Assembly: GCA_900551345.1 (NCBI GenBank)
Contig: URVP01000002.1
Location: 1-46,089, forward strand
Origin: an uncultured Eubacteriales bacterium
GTDB taxonomy: Bacteria > Bacillota > Clostridia > Monoglobales > UMGS1388
DNA: 46,089 nucleotides
Direction: 5' to 3'
Shown: positions 10,196 through 18,482 of the stretch, piece by piece
Layout of the letters: each line of letters opens with the position of its first letter
Position numbering within the stretch: position 1 is the stretch's first letter
Notes under the pieces: model-generated
Database searches by the model: none
The model's input: only the letters and a program-made list of their open reading frames with translations
What the model was told of the DNA's origin: nothing
Position numbers and translations under genes: made by a program

Positions 10196-10819
10196 ATGAG
10201 AGCATGGATAATTTCAGCAGGACAATTTGAGCGGACGGGATTTTACCGCTCTCTTGTAATAAAAGAAAATGATATGGTTATATGTGCAGACGGCGGATAT
10301 GATTATGCCGTTGCCATGGGGGTTCAGCCTACGGTTGTTCTGGGAGATCTAGACTCAATTAGAAAGCCGGTTAAAGATTCAAGAATTCCCATTATTAAGT
10401 TTCCTACAGATAAAGACAAAACAGACAGTCAACTTGCCGTTGATTACGCACTTGAAAATAAGTGTGATGAAATAGTTCTTCTTGCGGCAACAGGGGGCAG
10501 AATTGACCATTCTCTTGCCAATATAATGCTTCTTGGATATATTCATGATAAAGGTGCAGAAGGACTTATTCTTACCGATAAGTCAAGAATTGCACTTTTA
10601 ACCGGACAGACTGTTATAAAGAGAGGCAGCGGTGATGGTATTTCGTTTGTACCCATTACTCCTACCGTTGAGGGACTTACAACAGAGGGACTGCTCTATA
10701 ATTTGAATAATAAAACTGTTAGACAGGGAGATACTCTTACCATAAGCAATGAGTTCCGTTCTCATCAGGCTAAGGTAAAACTTACAAAAGGCAGACTTTT
10801 GGTGATATGTGATGCGTAA
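10196..10819 (+). CDS. thiN: Thiamine diphosphokinase
   Basis: Motifs are LGDLDS, KDKTDSQLA and GGRIDHSLANI. It occupies the same position after rpe as B. subtilis yloS/thiN. Confidence 0.85.
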   Translation: MRAWIISAGQFERTGFYRSLVIKENDMVICADGGYDYAVAMGVQPTVVLGDLDSIRKPVKDSRIPIIKFPTDKDKTDSQLAVDYALENKCDEIVLLAATGGRIDHSLANIMLLGYIHDKGAEGLILTDKSRIALLTGQTVIKRGSGDGISFVPITPTVEGLTTEGLLYNLNNKTVRQGDTLTISNEFRSHQAKVKLTKGRLLVICDA

Positions 10820-12746
10820 GCTGATAAATACGGGGATAGTTTCCCATATCGACGCAGGTAAGACTACTGTTACTGAGCAGCTCCTTTTTTTTAGCGGAGC
10901 AACACGGACTAGGGGCAGTGTTGATAAGGGAACGGCATTTACCGACTTTATGGAAATTGAAAAAAACAGGGGTATTTCCGTAAAAATGGCGACAACACGG
11001 TTTATGTGGAAAGATACCCAGATAAATCTTATTGATACACCGGGACATACGGATTTTGCGGCAGAGGCAGAGCGTGCTTTGCAGGTTCTGGACTGTGCCG
11101 TTCTTGTTATTTCAGCCGCTGAAGGTGTTGAGGCAAGAACTGAGCTGTTATGGCATGCACTTAAGACATTAAATATCCCGGTTATTATTTTTGTCAACAA
11201 AATCGACAGAGCCGGAGCAGATTTCGAAAAAGTCAAAAGGCAAATTTCAGAATATCTTACCAGTGATTATATAACGGTTAACCAACCTGTTATATCAGAA
11301 GATGTGTGTGCTGTGGAAGATAATCAGGATATTGCTGAACGGCTTGCGGATTTTGATGATGAAATACTTGAGGGAATATTGTATGGAGAAGCTGATTTTA
11401 ATAAAAGTGTTTTGATGGAAAAAATAAAGAAAGGCTGTATCAATCGTACCTTTTTTCCGCTGCTGTGCGGAAGTGCGCTTAAAGGGGTTGGCATAGAGTT
11501 TTTGCTCGATTGTATAATTAATTTTTTCCCCCATGCTGAAAAGAGCTCTGGAGAGCCATCAGGTGTTATATTTAAGCTTGACCGTGATAAGATCATGGGG
11601 AAGGTTGCTTTTGTACGACTGTACAGCGGAAGCTTGAAAACACGTGATAGTATCAAAAATCTCAGGACGGGTTCTGTACGAAAGATTACACAGATACGCC
11701 GTTTTTCCGGTGCGCATCATGAAGATGTGGGGTATGTTGAATCGGGCGATATTGCCGCTTTGTATGGTTTAGATGATGCGGTGACAGGTGATATTTTAGG
11801 CAGTGGTGAAAATATTCCGGTAAGCTCGGTTATTTCACAGCCGCTTTTACAGATAAGGGTGTATCCGGCCGGGGAGGAGGAATATCCTCAGCTTGTTGAG
11901 GCAATGCGTGCCCTTGAAGAAGAAGAGCCTCTGCTTAATGTGGAGTGGGTCAAAGAGCAGCGTCAGCTTCTGATAAATATACCTGGAACGATTCAGCTAG
12001 AGGTTATAGGCGAAATTCTTAAAAGCCGTTTCGATTTGCATGCAAAATTTGGAGAGCCACAGGTTATCTACAAAGAAACTCCGTCAAGACCGGGGATCGG
12101 ATTTGTGTCATATACCATGCCAAAACCTTGCTGGGCTGTGCTTAAATTTGAAATAAATCCGCTCCCTACGGGCAGCGGCGTACGATATGAATCGGTAGTA
12201 CCTGATACAAAGATATTATACAGATATCAGAATCAGGTGGAAAAAACCATAAAATCTGCTCTCAGACAGGGCATAAAAGGTTGGAATGTAACTGATTTAT
12301 CCATTCGCCTTATTGATGGGGAACATCACAATGAGCATACGCACCCACTTGATTTTATAGTTGCAACACCGATGGCAATTATGGACGGTTTGCGAAATAC
12401 AGGAACAACACTTCTCGAGCCATATATTAAGTTTAGAATTTCGGTTCCTGAGGAGTACAGCGGAAAAGTAATAAGCTATATTGTTAACAGCAGAGGAAAC
12501 TTTGAATTAGGAAATTCTTCTGAAGGCAGGGTTACGCTTACCGGTGAAGTGCCTGTAGCAGAAACTATGGATTTTCCTGTTCGTTTGGCGGCGATGACGG
12601 CAGGCAGGGGTGCTTTGTCACATTCTTTTTCCGAATATAAGCCCTGTCCCGACGAATTGGGTAAAACTACTCCATACAGAGGTGTAAATCCACTGGATAC
12701 CTCAAAGTATATCTTGTATATTCGTTCAGCACTCACGGATGGATAA
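10812..12746 (+). CDS. TetM/TetO-family (ribosomal-protection-type) translational GTPase; function uncertain
   Basis: The G-domain motifs are SHIDAGKTT, DTPGHTDF and NKIDR. The ribosomal-protection-type GSVDKGT..TD motif is present, and the protein is colinear with Tet(M) (as I recall that sequence) through GWNVTD and LLEPY. At about 644 aa it is shorter than EF-G. The ATG at 10812 lies inside the last codons of thiN. Confidence 0.8.
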   Translation: MRKLINTGIVSHIDAGKTTVTEQLLFFSGATRTRGSVDKGTAFTDFMEIEKNRGISVKMATTRFMWKDTQINLIDTPGHTDFAAEAERALQVLDCAVLVISAAEGVEARTELLWHALKTLNIPVIIFVNKIDRAGADFEKVKRQISEYLTSDYITVNQPVISEDVCAVEDNQDIAERLADFDDEILEGILYGEADFNKSVLMEKIKKGCINRTFFPLLCGSALKGVGIEFLLDCIINFFPHAEKSSGEPSGVIFKLDRDKIMGKVAFVRLYSGSLKTRDSIKNLRTGSVRKITQIRRFSGAHHEDVGYVESGDIAALYGLDDAVTGDILGSGENIPVSSVISQPLLQIRVYPAGEEEYPQLVEAMRALEEEEPLLNVEWVKEQRQLLINIPGTIQLEVIGEILKSRFDLHAKFGEPQVIYKETPSRPGIGFVSYTMPKPCWAVLKFEINPLPTGSGVRYESVVPDTKILYRYQNQVEKTIKSALRQGIKGWNVTDLSIRLIDGEHHNEHTHPLDFIVATPMAIMDGLRNTGTTLLEPYIKFRISVPEEYSGKVISYIVNSRGNFELGNSSEGRVTLTGEVPVAETMDFPVRLAAMTAGRGALSHSFSEYKPCPDELGKTTPYRGVNPLDTSKYILYIRSALTDG

Positions 12747-12774
12747 AATATTCCTAAATAATAAATATTTTCTA

Positions 12775-12803
12775 TTGACATAAGAGATGTTTGGCGTTAA
12801 TAT
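12775..12803 (+). promoter_or_regulatory. Sigma-70-type promoter (TTGACA-17 nt-TAATAT) for the hydrolase gene
   Basis: TTGACA lies at 12775-12780, then an exact 17-nt spacer, then TAATAT at 12798-12803, about 35 nt upstream of the ATG at 12839. Confidence 0.6.
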
Positions 12804-12838
12804 TAAAATCAAATTCAGCAGGCAGAGAGGTTTTACAT

Positions 12839-13927
12839 ATGATAAAAGGAATATGTCACGGTTATGGTGACCTTGACAGAATAAAAGAATGCGGCTTTGA
12901 ATGGAATCGTATTGATTGTCCATATCCCTTTGATAAAGAATCGGGGGAACTTTCCCCACATTATTTAAGATTTAAGGATTATTGCAGACAACTTCACGAT
13001 ATGGGATTTAAAACCATGGTGATAACACCCGGTCCTGCGTGGGCGTACTTTGCAGGCGGTATTGATTTGCGGTTGGAAGGCGGCCTTGATAAGGTAACGG
13101 AAATTCATCGCTTTATTGCAGAGGATATGAAAGGGCTTGTTGACGGATGGCAGGTTGCCAATGAGGTAAATGTTTATTTTTTTCGCTCTCCGTATGATTT
13201 TGACGAAGCAATTTCATATGTAGAAGCAGGGCTTAAAGGAATAAGACAATCAGATAAGCAGACTTTGCTTGGTTATAATTTCAGTGAGTATGATGAGACT
13301 TCTATCTATATGATAAATAAGCTCAAAAGTGTAAATGCCCTTTGTGATTATATGGGTCTTGATGCGTATCACGGCACATGGATTAAAGGAAGTCCTGACG
13401 ATCTTATAAATGATGTTAAAAAGCTTCATGCTCTGACCGGGAAGCCTGTGCTTATACAAGAATTCGGATTCGCAAGCAAGGGCGATGTTATAGAGGACGG
13501 AGAGTTTGACATTGCCATGATGCAGTTTGGATTTAAAGATTTTAATGATGCAACTGCAAATTGTGAAGAGTACCTTGAAAAATTGCCTAAAAATTTGTCT
13601 AAGCATATTAAAGCGGCTCCCAGAAAGGATTGGGAAGCTAATTTGAGACACCAAGAGCCCCATATATTAAAAAAATGGGTGGGAGGAAGTAATGATTATC
13701 CTCACACGCCCGACGGACAGGCAAAATGGCTGAAAGAAGTTATAGAAAAACTTATGAATACTCCATGTGTTATGGGATTTATGCTTTTTGCCTGGCATGA
13801 TGCCGGCAATTGTTTCTTTTGCGGCGAGCCGGACTGTCCATGTGAAACTGCATGGGGGCTTATCTGTAATGATGAAAAGGAAAAACCTTCATATTATGCT
13901 GTTAAAGAAGCAATCAGAAGTTTATAA
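12839..13927 (+). CDS. Putative cytoplasmic clan GH-A (TIM-barrel, GH5-like) glycoside hydrolase
   Basis: WQVANEVN is a candidate Asn-Glu acid/base motif and VLIQEFGF a candidate nucleophile Glu, spaced as in clan GH-A enzymes. There is no signal peptide. The ATG at 12839 has AGAGAGG upstream, and the longer ORF start at 12791 falls inside the promoter. Confidence 0.55.
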   Translation: MIKGICHGYGDLDRIKECGFEWNRIDCPYPFDKESGELSPHYLRFKDYCRQLHDMGFKTMVITPGPAWAYFAGGIDLRLEGGLDKVTEIHRFIAEDMKGLVDGWQVANEVNVYFFRSPYDFDEAISYVEAGLKGIRQSDKQTLLGYNFSEYDETSIYMINKLKSVNALCDYMGLDAYHGTWIKGSPDDLINDVKKLHALTGKPVLIQEFGFASKGDVIEDGEFDIAMMQFGFKDFNDATANCEEYLEKLPKNLSKHIKAAPRKDWEANLRHQEPHILKKWVGGSNDYPHTPDGQAKWLKEVIEKLMNTPCVMGFMLFAWHDAGNCFFCGEPDCPCETAWGLICNDEKEKPSYYAVKEAIRSL

Positions 13928-13949
13928 GCAGCATTTTGGGTGGTAAATT

Positions 13950-15152
13950 ATGAAAAAAGAAAAATTGAGAGAAAAGATTGAAAATAGCAAATATTTTATG
14001 AAAGATTGGTTTATAGGCGCATGTGAGTCTTATGGAAATGACTCTTTATCCGATGTTTCAATTGCAATTAATGAAAGTGTTTTGCTTAATAAAAAAAGAG
14101 CATATATCTGGGTCGTTGTTGCTTTTGAAAACGATGCGGTTTCGACACCTGTTGAACAGTTGGGCTTGTTTTTAACAGCTTATGAAGCACTTAAAAAGAA
14201 TCAATTTGATGTTGAACCTTTTTTTGAAAAAAGTGCATTTTCTTTCTTTCTCCGGTCAGACAAAAGTGAAATAGCAACGGTTGAATATTCAATGTCAGCG
14301 GCAGAAATAGTAAGAAATACTCTCAATAAACTCAAAGTTTTCGATTACGGCATTGGAATAGGCCGTGCGGGAAGAGATTTAACTCGTGTCAGAGAATCAT
14401 ACATTCTCGCACAGGAAGCAAGCAAATACCGCTATGCTTTGGGCATGGGCCGTATTATTTATATTGGTGATGTTGAGCCTGATATGCGTGTCAATGATTA
14501 TCATGCGATTCGCGAATCGGATTTTCGTACTTCGCTCAAGATAGGAAGCGAGCAGATGAATTATGAAGTTGTTTCGGATATTTTCGGGCATATAAAACGA
14601 AATAATGATCCGCTTGATATAGCAAAAAGGATAAGCCTGGAGCTTTTGGTATCGGCAAACAGAGCTATATATGAATTAGGCAAAGACCCAGCAATGCTGT
14701 TTGACAAAACGGATATTTGGTCGGTTATTAACAGATGCACTGATGTGGATGAGCTGCATCAGCTGATTTTGAATACAAGCCAGCTTGTTATTATGCGGAT
14801 TTTCCAAAAGCAGGTACCCAAGGATAAAACAATAGTCGAAAAGGCAAAAAGAATTATAGATGAAGACTTTGGGTCTAAACTCAGTCTTGAAATCGTAGCA
14901 AAAAAAATATATATTTCTCCTTGCTATCTGAGTACGGTTTTCAGCAGGGAGACAGGCATGACATTCAAAGACTATCTTATTAATTCCCGTATTTCCCGTG
15001 CAAAAGGTTTGCTTCATGATCCGTCAGCCAAAATATATAATGTAGCTAATGCGGTAGGATACTCCGATGCACGGTATTTCAGCGATTTATTCAGAAAGCG
15101 AGTAGGGATGACGCCGGCTGAATATCGTAAAAATTTATTAATGAAAAATTAA
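13950..15152 (+). CDS. AraC-family transcriptional regulator with an unassigned ~290-aa N-terminal domain
   Basis: The C-terminal ~100 aa form a double HTH typical of AraC/XylS (LSLEIVAKKIYISPCYLSTVFSRETGMTFKDYLINSRISRAKGLL...VANAVGYSDARYFSDLFRKRVGMTPAEYR). Confidence 0.85.
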   Translation: MKKEKLREKIENSKYFMKDWFIGACESYGNDSLSDVSIAINESVLLNKKRAYIWVVVAFENDAVSTPVEQLGLFLTAYEALKKNQFDVEPFFEKSAFSFFLRSDKSEIATVEYSMSAAEIVRNTLNKLKVFDYGIGIGRAGRDLTRVRESYILAQEASKYRYALGMGRIIYIGDVEPDMRVNDYHAIRESDFRTSLKIGSEQMNYEVVSDIFGHIKRNNDPLDIAKRISLELLVSANRAIYELGKDPAMLFDKTDIWSVINRCTDVDELHQLILNTSQLVIMRIFQKQVPKDKTIVEKAKRIIDEDFGSKLSLEIVAKKIYISPCYLSTVFSRETGMTFKDYLINSRISRAKGLLHDPSAKIYNVANAVGYSDARYFSDLFRKRVGMTPAEYRKNLLMKN

Positions 15153-15161
15153 AATATCCTC

Positions 15162-15190
15162 TTGACTTTATACACAATGAATAGTATAAT
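15162..15190 (+). promoter_or_regulatory. Sigma-70-type promoter (TTGACT-17 nt-TATAAT)
   Basis: TTGACT lies at 15162-15167, then a 17-nt spacer, then TATAAT at 15185-15190, about 100 nt upstream of the ATG at 15291. Confidence 0.6.
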
Positions 15191-15290
15191 TACGGTATAG
15201 TATAGTCGTATTGTGCATTTTTGCATATGATTATACCACATAAATCCTGCAAAAATATTTATATAACATAAACATAAGGAGTTGTTTAAG

Positions 15291-16889
15291 ATGAAAAAAA
15301 GCAAAGTATTAGCACTGATGCTTGCCGTTGTTATGGTTGTAAGCTTTACAATGACAGCTGCCGTAAGCGCAGCCGGCCTTACACCTCCGGCAAACTCAAA
15401 AGTAAGAGTTACAGATAAAACTCTTACGAAAACATTCACAAGTGGTATTGGTTGGGATGTATGGGATACTCAAGGATCTTTTGGAACATACGAGCAGACG
15501 GATGATGGAAATCTTCTTGTTTCAGGAGGAAAAATGGTTCCTTTTGTAATGCTTGACGGTTTCGGTGGCGGTCTTGCAGGCTTTGATGAAATGGTATTTA
15601 CATACAAAACCGATTCTGATCTCAAAGTTTCGCTCAGAATAAGAGAAAAAGGAACATCAGCAGAAGTTACTCTTCCTGCTACAAACGGAGAATTCGTTGA
15701 TTATTCAATTGCTCCGGCAGCGTTTTTAGGTGGAGATTTAACTGCACAGGATCTTGAAGAATTCAGATCATATTATAATCCTAATACAAGTAAATATGAC
15801 ACAACAGCTATGATGAATCTTACATCATCTTCTGCTGAAATTAAAGAGATTAACGCATACTGGTACTCTTATTCTTCTGAGTCTAATCAGGTAAGAAAGA
15901 CTTTAACAACAGACTTTTCCAAAACTACTTGGGGTAGCTGGGGTTCTTGGACACAAGGTCCTAATAAGTTCCCGATTTCTATGAAGTTTGTTGAAGGTGA
16001 AGCTGAGGACGGAGTAGGAAAAGCTCTTTACATTACAGGTGGATGTACTGGCACTGGCTCATACGGCGGCGGACAGTTTACGATGAATAGCAATTTCGAT
16101 CTTACCGGCGTTGATGCTATCAGATACAGATATAACTCAACTGCAAAGTGTTCCGTATATTTCAACATGGCTTATCAGGTGGAAGTTGGCGAAACTCTTC
16201 CTGCTGCTGAAGTGGACACAGTTAAAGGACTTCTCGAAGCTGATTATAGTACATATTTTGATGCTTCAAATAAATGCATAAAATATTTTAAGAAAGAAAC
16301 AAGATCTAGCGGCGTAAGCCTTCCTTCTACAGGTGGCGAATGGAAAACAGTAGATGTTCCGATTTCAAAATTCGGTACGCAAGAGTTCCTTAGCCATATG
16401 AAAACTGTTATAGCTAACAAGAGCTTTGCTCCTTGTTACCAATTCAGAATTGAAGGTATCACCTATGGTGGTGACACAAATAAGTACACTAAGTTTGGTT
16501 CTATTACAGGAGTCTGGTATGAAAAACTTCCTACCATGTCCTCAATCTCCTTTACAAATAATGGTGAAGATAGTGACTATGGACTTTCTGAGGGTACAAC
16601 AGAAGTAAATATTGAACTTTCTAATGCTGCAGATATTGAAATTTCCGGTTCGGTTCTTGTTGCAGGATTATATGAAGGCAATAAACTTCTTGATGTTGAT
16701 GTAGAGGTTGTTACAACACCTGCTCTTGGCACATCAGGTATTAAGACTCTTTCGGTAACAATGCCGGTAGATGTTGATATTGCAGACTGTCAACTTAGAG
16801 TAATGCTTTGGGATAGTGCAGAGTCAATGAACCAGATTACAAATCTTGCGGTTCTTGATGCATTCGGATATTTCACCGAGGATGAATAA
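15291..16889 (+). CDS. Secreted protein with two tandem CBM-like beta-sandwich modules plus a C-terminal module; function unknown
   Basis: The ATG at 15291 is 9 nt after AAGGAG. The signal peptide is MKKSKVLALMLAVVMVVSFTMTAAVSA. There appears to be an internal duplication (FTSGIGWDVWDTQG...INAYWYSY versus FSKTTWGSWGSWTQG...ITGVWYEKL). The composition is beta-rich. Confidence 0.7.
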   Translation: MKKSKVLALMLAVVMVVSFTMTAAVSAAGLTPPANSKVRVTDKTLTKTFTSGIGWDVWDTQGSFGTYEQTDDGNLLVSGGKMVPFVMLDGFGGGLAGFDEMVFTYKTDSDLKVSLRIREKGTSAEVTLPATNGEFVDYSIAPAAFLGGDLTAQDLEEFRSYYNPNTSKYDTTAMMNLTSSSAEIKEINAYWYSYSSESNQVRKTLTTDFSKTTWGSWGSWTQGPNKFPISMKFVEGEAEDGVGKALYITGGCTGTGSYGGGQFTMNSNFDLTGVDAIRYRYNSTAKCSVYFNMAYQVEVGETLPAAEVDTVKGLLEADYSTYFDASNKCIKYFKKETRSSGVSLPSTGGEWKTVDVPISKFGTQEFLSHMKTVIANKSFAPCYQFRIEGITYGGDTNKYTKFGSITGVWYEKLPTMSSISFTNNGEDSDYGLSEGTTEVNIELSNAADIEISGSVLVAGLYEGNKLLDVDVEVVTTPALGTSGIKTLSVTMPVDVDIADCQLRVMLWDSAESMNQITNLAVLDAFGYFTEDE

Positions 16890-16919
16890 TTTTTTGAAAA
16901 TTAAACATTAGATTAACTG

Positions 16920-16958
16920 GGCTGCAGTCAAACGATTTTGACTGCAGCCTTGATTTTT
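16920..16958 (+). terminator. Rho-independent terminator
   Basis: A perfect 13-bp stem (GGCTGCAGTCAAA / TTTGACTGCAGCC) closes a CGAT loop and is followed by TTGATTTTT, 30 nt after the stop codon. Confidence 0.85.
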
Positions 16959-18352
16959 GTATTTATAAGACAAAATTACGGAACTAAACTATTACATGGT
17001 GGACACAAAGCATAGAATAACAGTTTACAACAATATGTGTTGTAGGGCCACAATTAAAAAGTTTCTTGGCGAGTAATAGGGTAAAAAATAGTTTAAGTAG
17101 CATATAAAAGGATTTAGTATGAGCCTCATAATCGACGGATGCATGTTATAGTAGTTTATGTTTGAATGTATGTAAAAAATACGCATTCTTTATAGTTAAA
17201 ATTTGCGAAAGTATGGCTTTAATCGTGTATTACGATTTCAGTGTAGTGTAAGTAAAAACATATAATGAATCTATAATACCCATTATATTGATTAGTCATG
17301 GATACAGTCAGCTGTTTATAAATATAATGTGCAGTTCTTGAATTGTAGATATTCAAAGTCTACTATTTAGCTGTTTACATTATTTTTAGGGAAATAAAGT
17401 TTTAAATATTTTCTACAATAAAATATGATCCTTTAGACTTACAGAATAATAAGGGATGATATTTAACTGCTTGGTATTATCGCTCTTAAGGGTAATGAAC
17501 TTCATATTAAAAAATGAATCGTTTTTTTAAATACTTGCTAATTTAAAATTTAAGCTTTCTGGGCATGTTTGTTTGTCGTGTCACATCATATTTAATTAAT
17601 TGGCAATTGATTCCTATTAAAGCGCTGTTTTAAACCAATAAAATGCAGGGTAAATATTATTTATACCATTAACAAATACACAGTCAGATTTTTTAAGAAT
17701 TTTTAAAAAGCTTGTTATATTCTCTTTGTATAGCTCAAACTGTAACAAAACAAACCGCTTAATATACATTAAATTTTCAAGTGCAAGTGATTTTTATAAA
17801 TTTCAATATGTAATAACGCATTATATTTAGCAATTCTTTGAGACGAATATTATAACAAATATGAGAACGAAAAGAGTTTAACTCTCTTGCATAGAGATAA
17901 TTAAACATATATTAAAATAATTGGGCAGTAAAAAAGCAACCAAACCATTAAATTACGATGCTAGTCATAAAGGTAAAAACAGAAAATTTCTGCACCGAAG
18001 TTTGCAGGAATATCTTATATTTTACAAGAAGATAACAATATTTTTAACGAAAGGAAAAACATCTTAACTATTCGAGATTTGTGTATTCACTGCGATAGAA
18101 CAACGAATATAGTTCACAACTATTGAAATTAAAAAAGTTCATTTGTTTTTGACAGGCAAGATCTATATTAAGGAATTATAAAGATTAATTATTTCAAATC
18201 CACATATACATAGTAATACTGTAATGCCCCTTGGGTTAATCAGTGTTATACTTAATGAAATTAATTTTAATAATTTATACTTTCACATTGTTATTGAACA
18301 TACAATAGTAGACACGAGTATTTATAAAGTTTAATGTTCAATATTTTATATA
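16959..18352. other. AT-rich ORF-free gap with no assignable feature
   Basis: The track shows no ORF of 60 aa or more in any frame. Hand counts of two 60-nt lines give 13/60 and 17/60 G+C. No repeats or RNA-gene signatures were recognised. Confidence 0.9.
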
Positions 18353-18353
18353 T

Positions 18354-18403
18354 AAAAAAGGGGCTGTTTGCAACACAATAAAATTAAGCATTGAAACAAA
18401 CCC
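18354..18403 (-). terminator. Candidate rho-independent terminator of lgt
   Basis: The minus strand reads GGGTTTGTTTCAA-loop-TTGCAAACAGCCCC followed by TTTTTT. The stem is imperfect, about 12 bp with two bulges, and lies 80-130 nt after the lgt stop. Confidence 0.4.
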
Positions 18404-18482
18404 TGGTATATCCACTGTTAAAGATTTTAAATTTTTGACTTGCGATTTTAATAATAAAACAATTTGTTAAAAAGCATAAAAT

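Noticed and set aside
10812-12746. The TetM-like gene as an acquired, mobile tetracycline-resistance determinant.
   Set aside because: There is no Tn916/Tn5397-type integrase, excisionase, conjugation genes or tet leader peptide nearby. The gene overlaps a core gene, and the GC content looks like that of its neighbours. It is kept as a finding about a divergent native paralog instead.
12791-12838. Upstream extensions of ORFs given by the track: 12791, 15282, 37278, 44568, 20708, 29334, 35533, 6741 and 2312.
   Set aside because: These starts either fall inside predicted promoters, overlap the preceding gene, or sit 0-2 nt from the Shine-Dalgarno sequence. Internal ATG/GTG codons with 6-11 nt RBS spacing give N-termini matching the families.
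17456-17530. A 24-codon hydrophobic ORF (MIFNCLVLSLLRVMNFILKNESFF) in the AT-rich gap, considered as a possible type I toxin or small membrane peptide.
   Set aside because: The only purine-rich stretch (AAGGG) abuts the ATG with no spacer. There is no recognisable promoter or antisense RNA arrangement. Short hydrophobic ORFs are expected by chance in T-rich DNA.
17140-18205. dif-like (TTATGTTTGAA near 17156) and DnaA-box-like (AAATCCACA at 18196-18204) sequences, considered as terminus or origin signals in the AT-rich gap.
   Set aside because: The putative dif lacks the inverted left arm (ending CATAA) at the right spacing. The DnaA-box-like sites are single, carry two mismatches, and are not clustered. 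In AT-rich DNA they are consistent with chance.
18356-18403. GGGGCTG... resembles the 5' end of tmRNA.
   Set aside because: The conserved tmRNA elements, tRNA-like acceptor/T-arm pairing and tag reading frame are all absent. The hairpin plus T-run on the minus strand is better explained as the lgt terminator.
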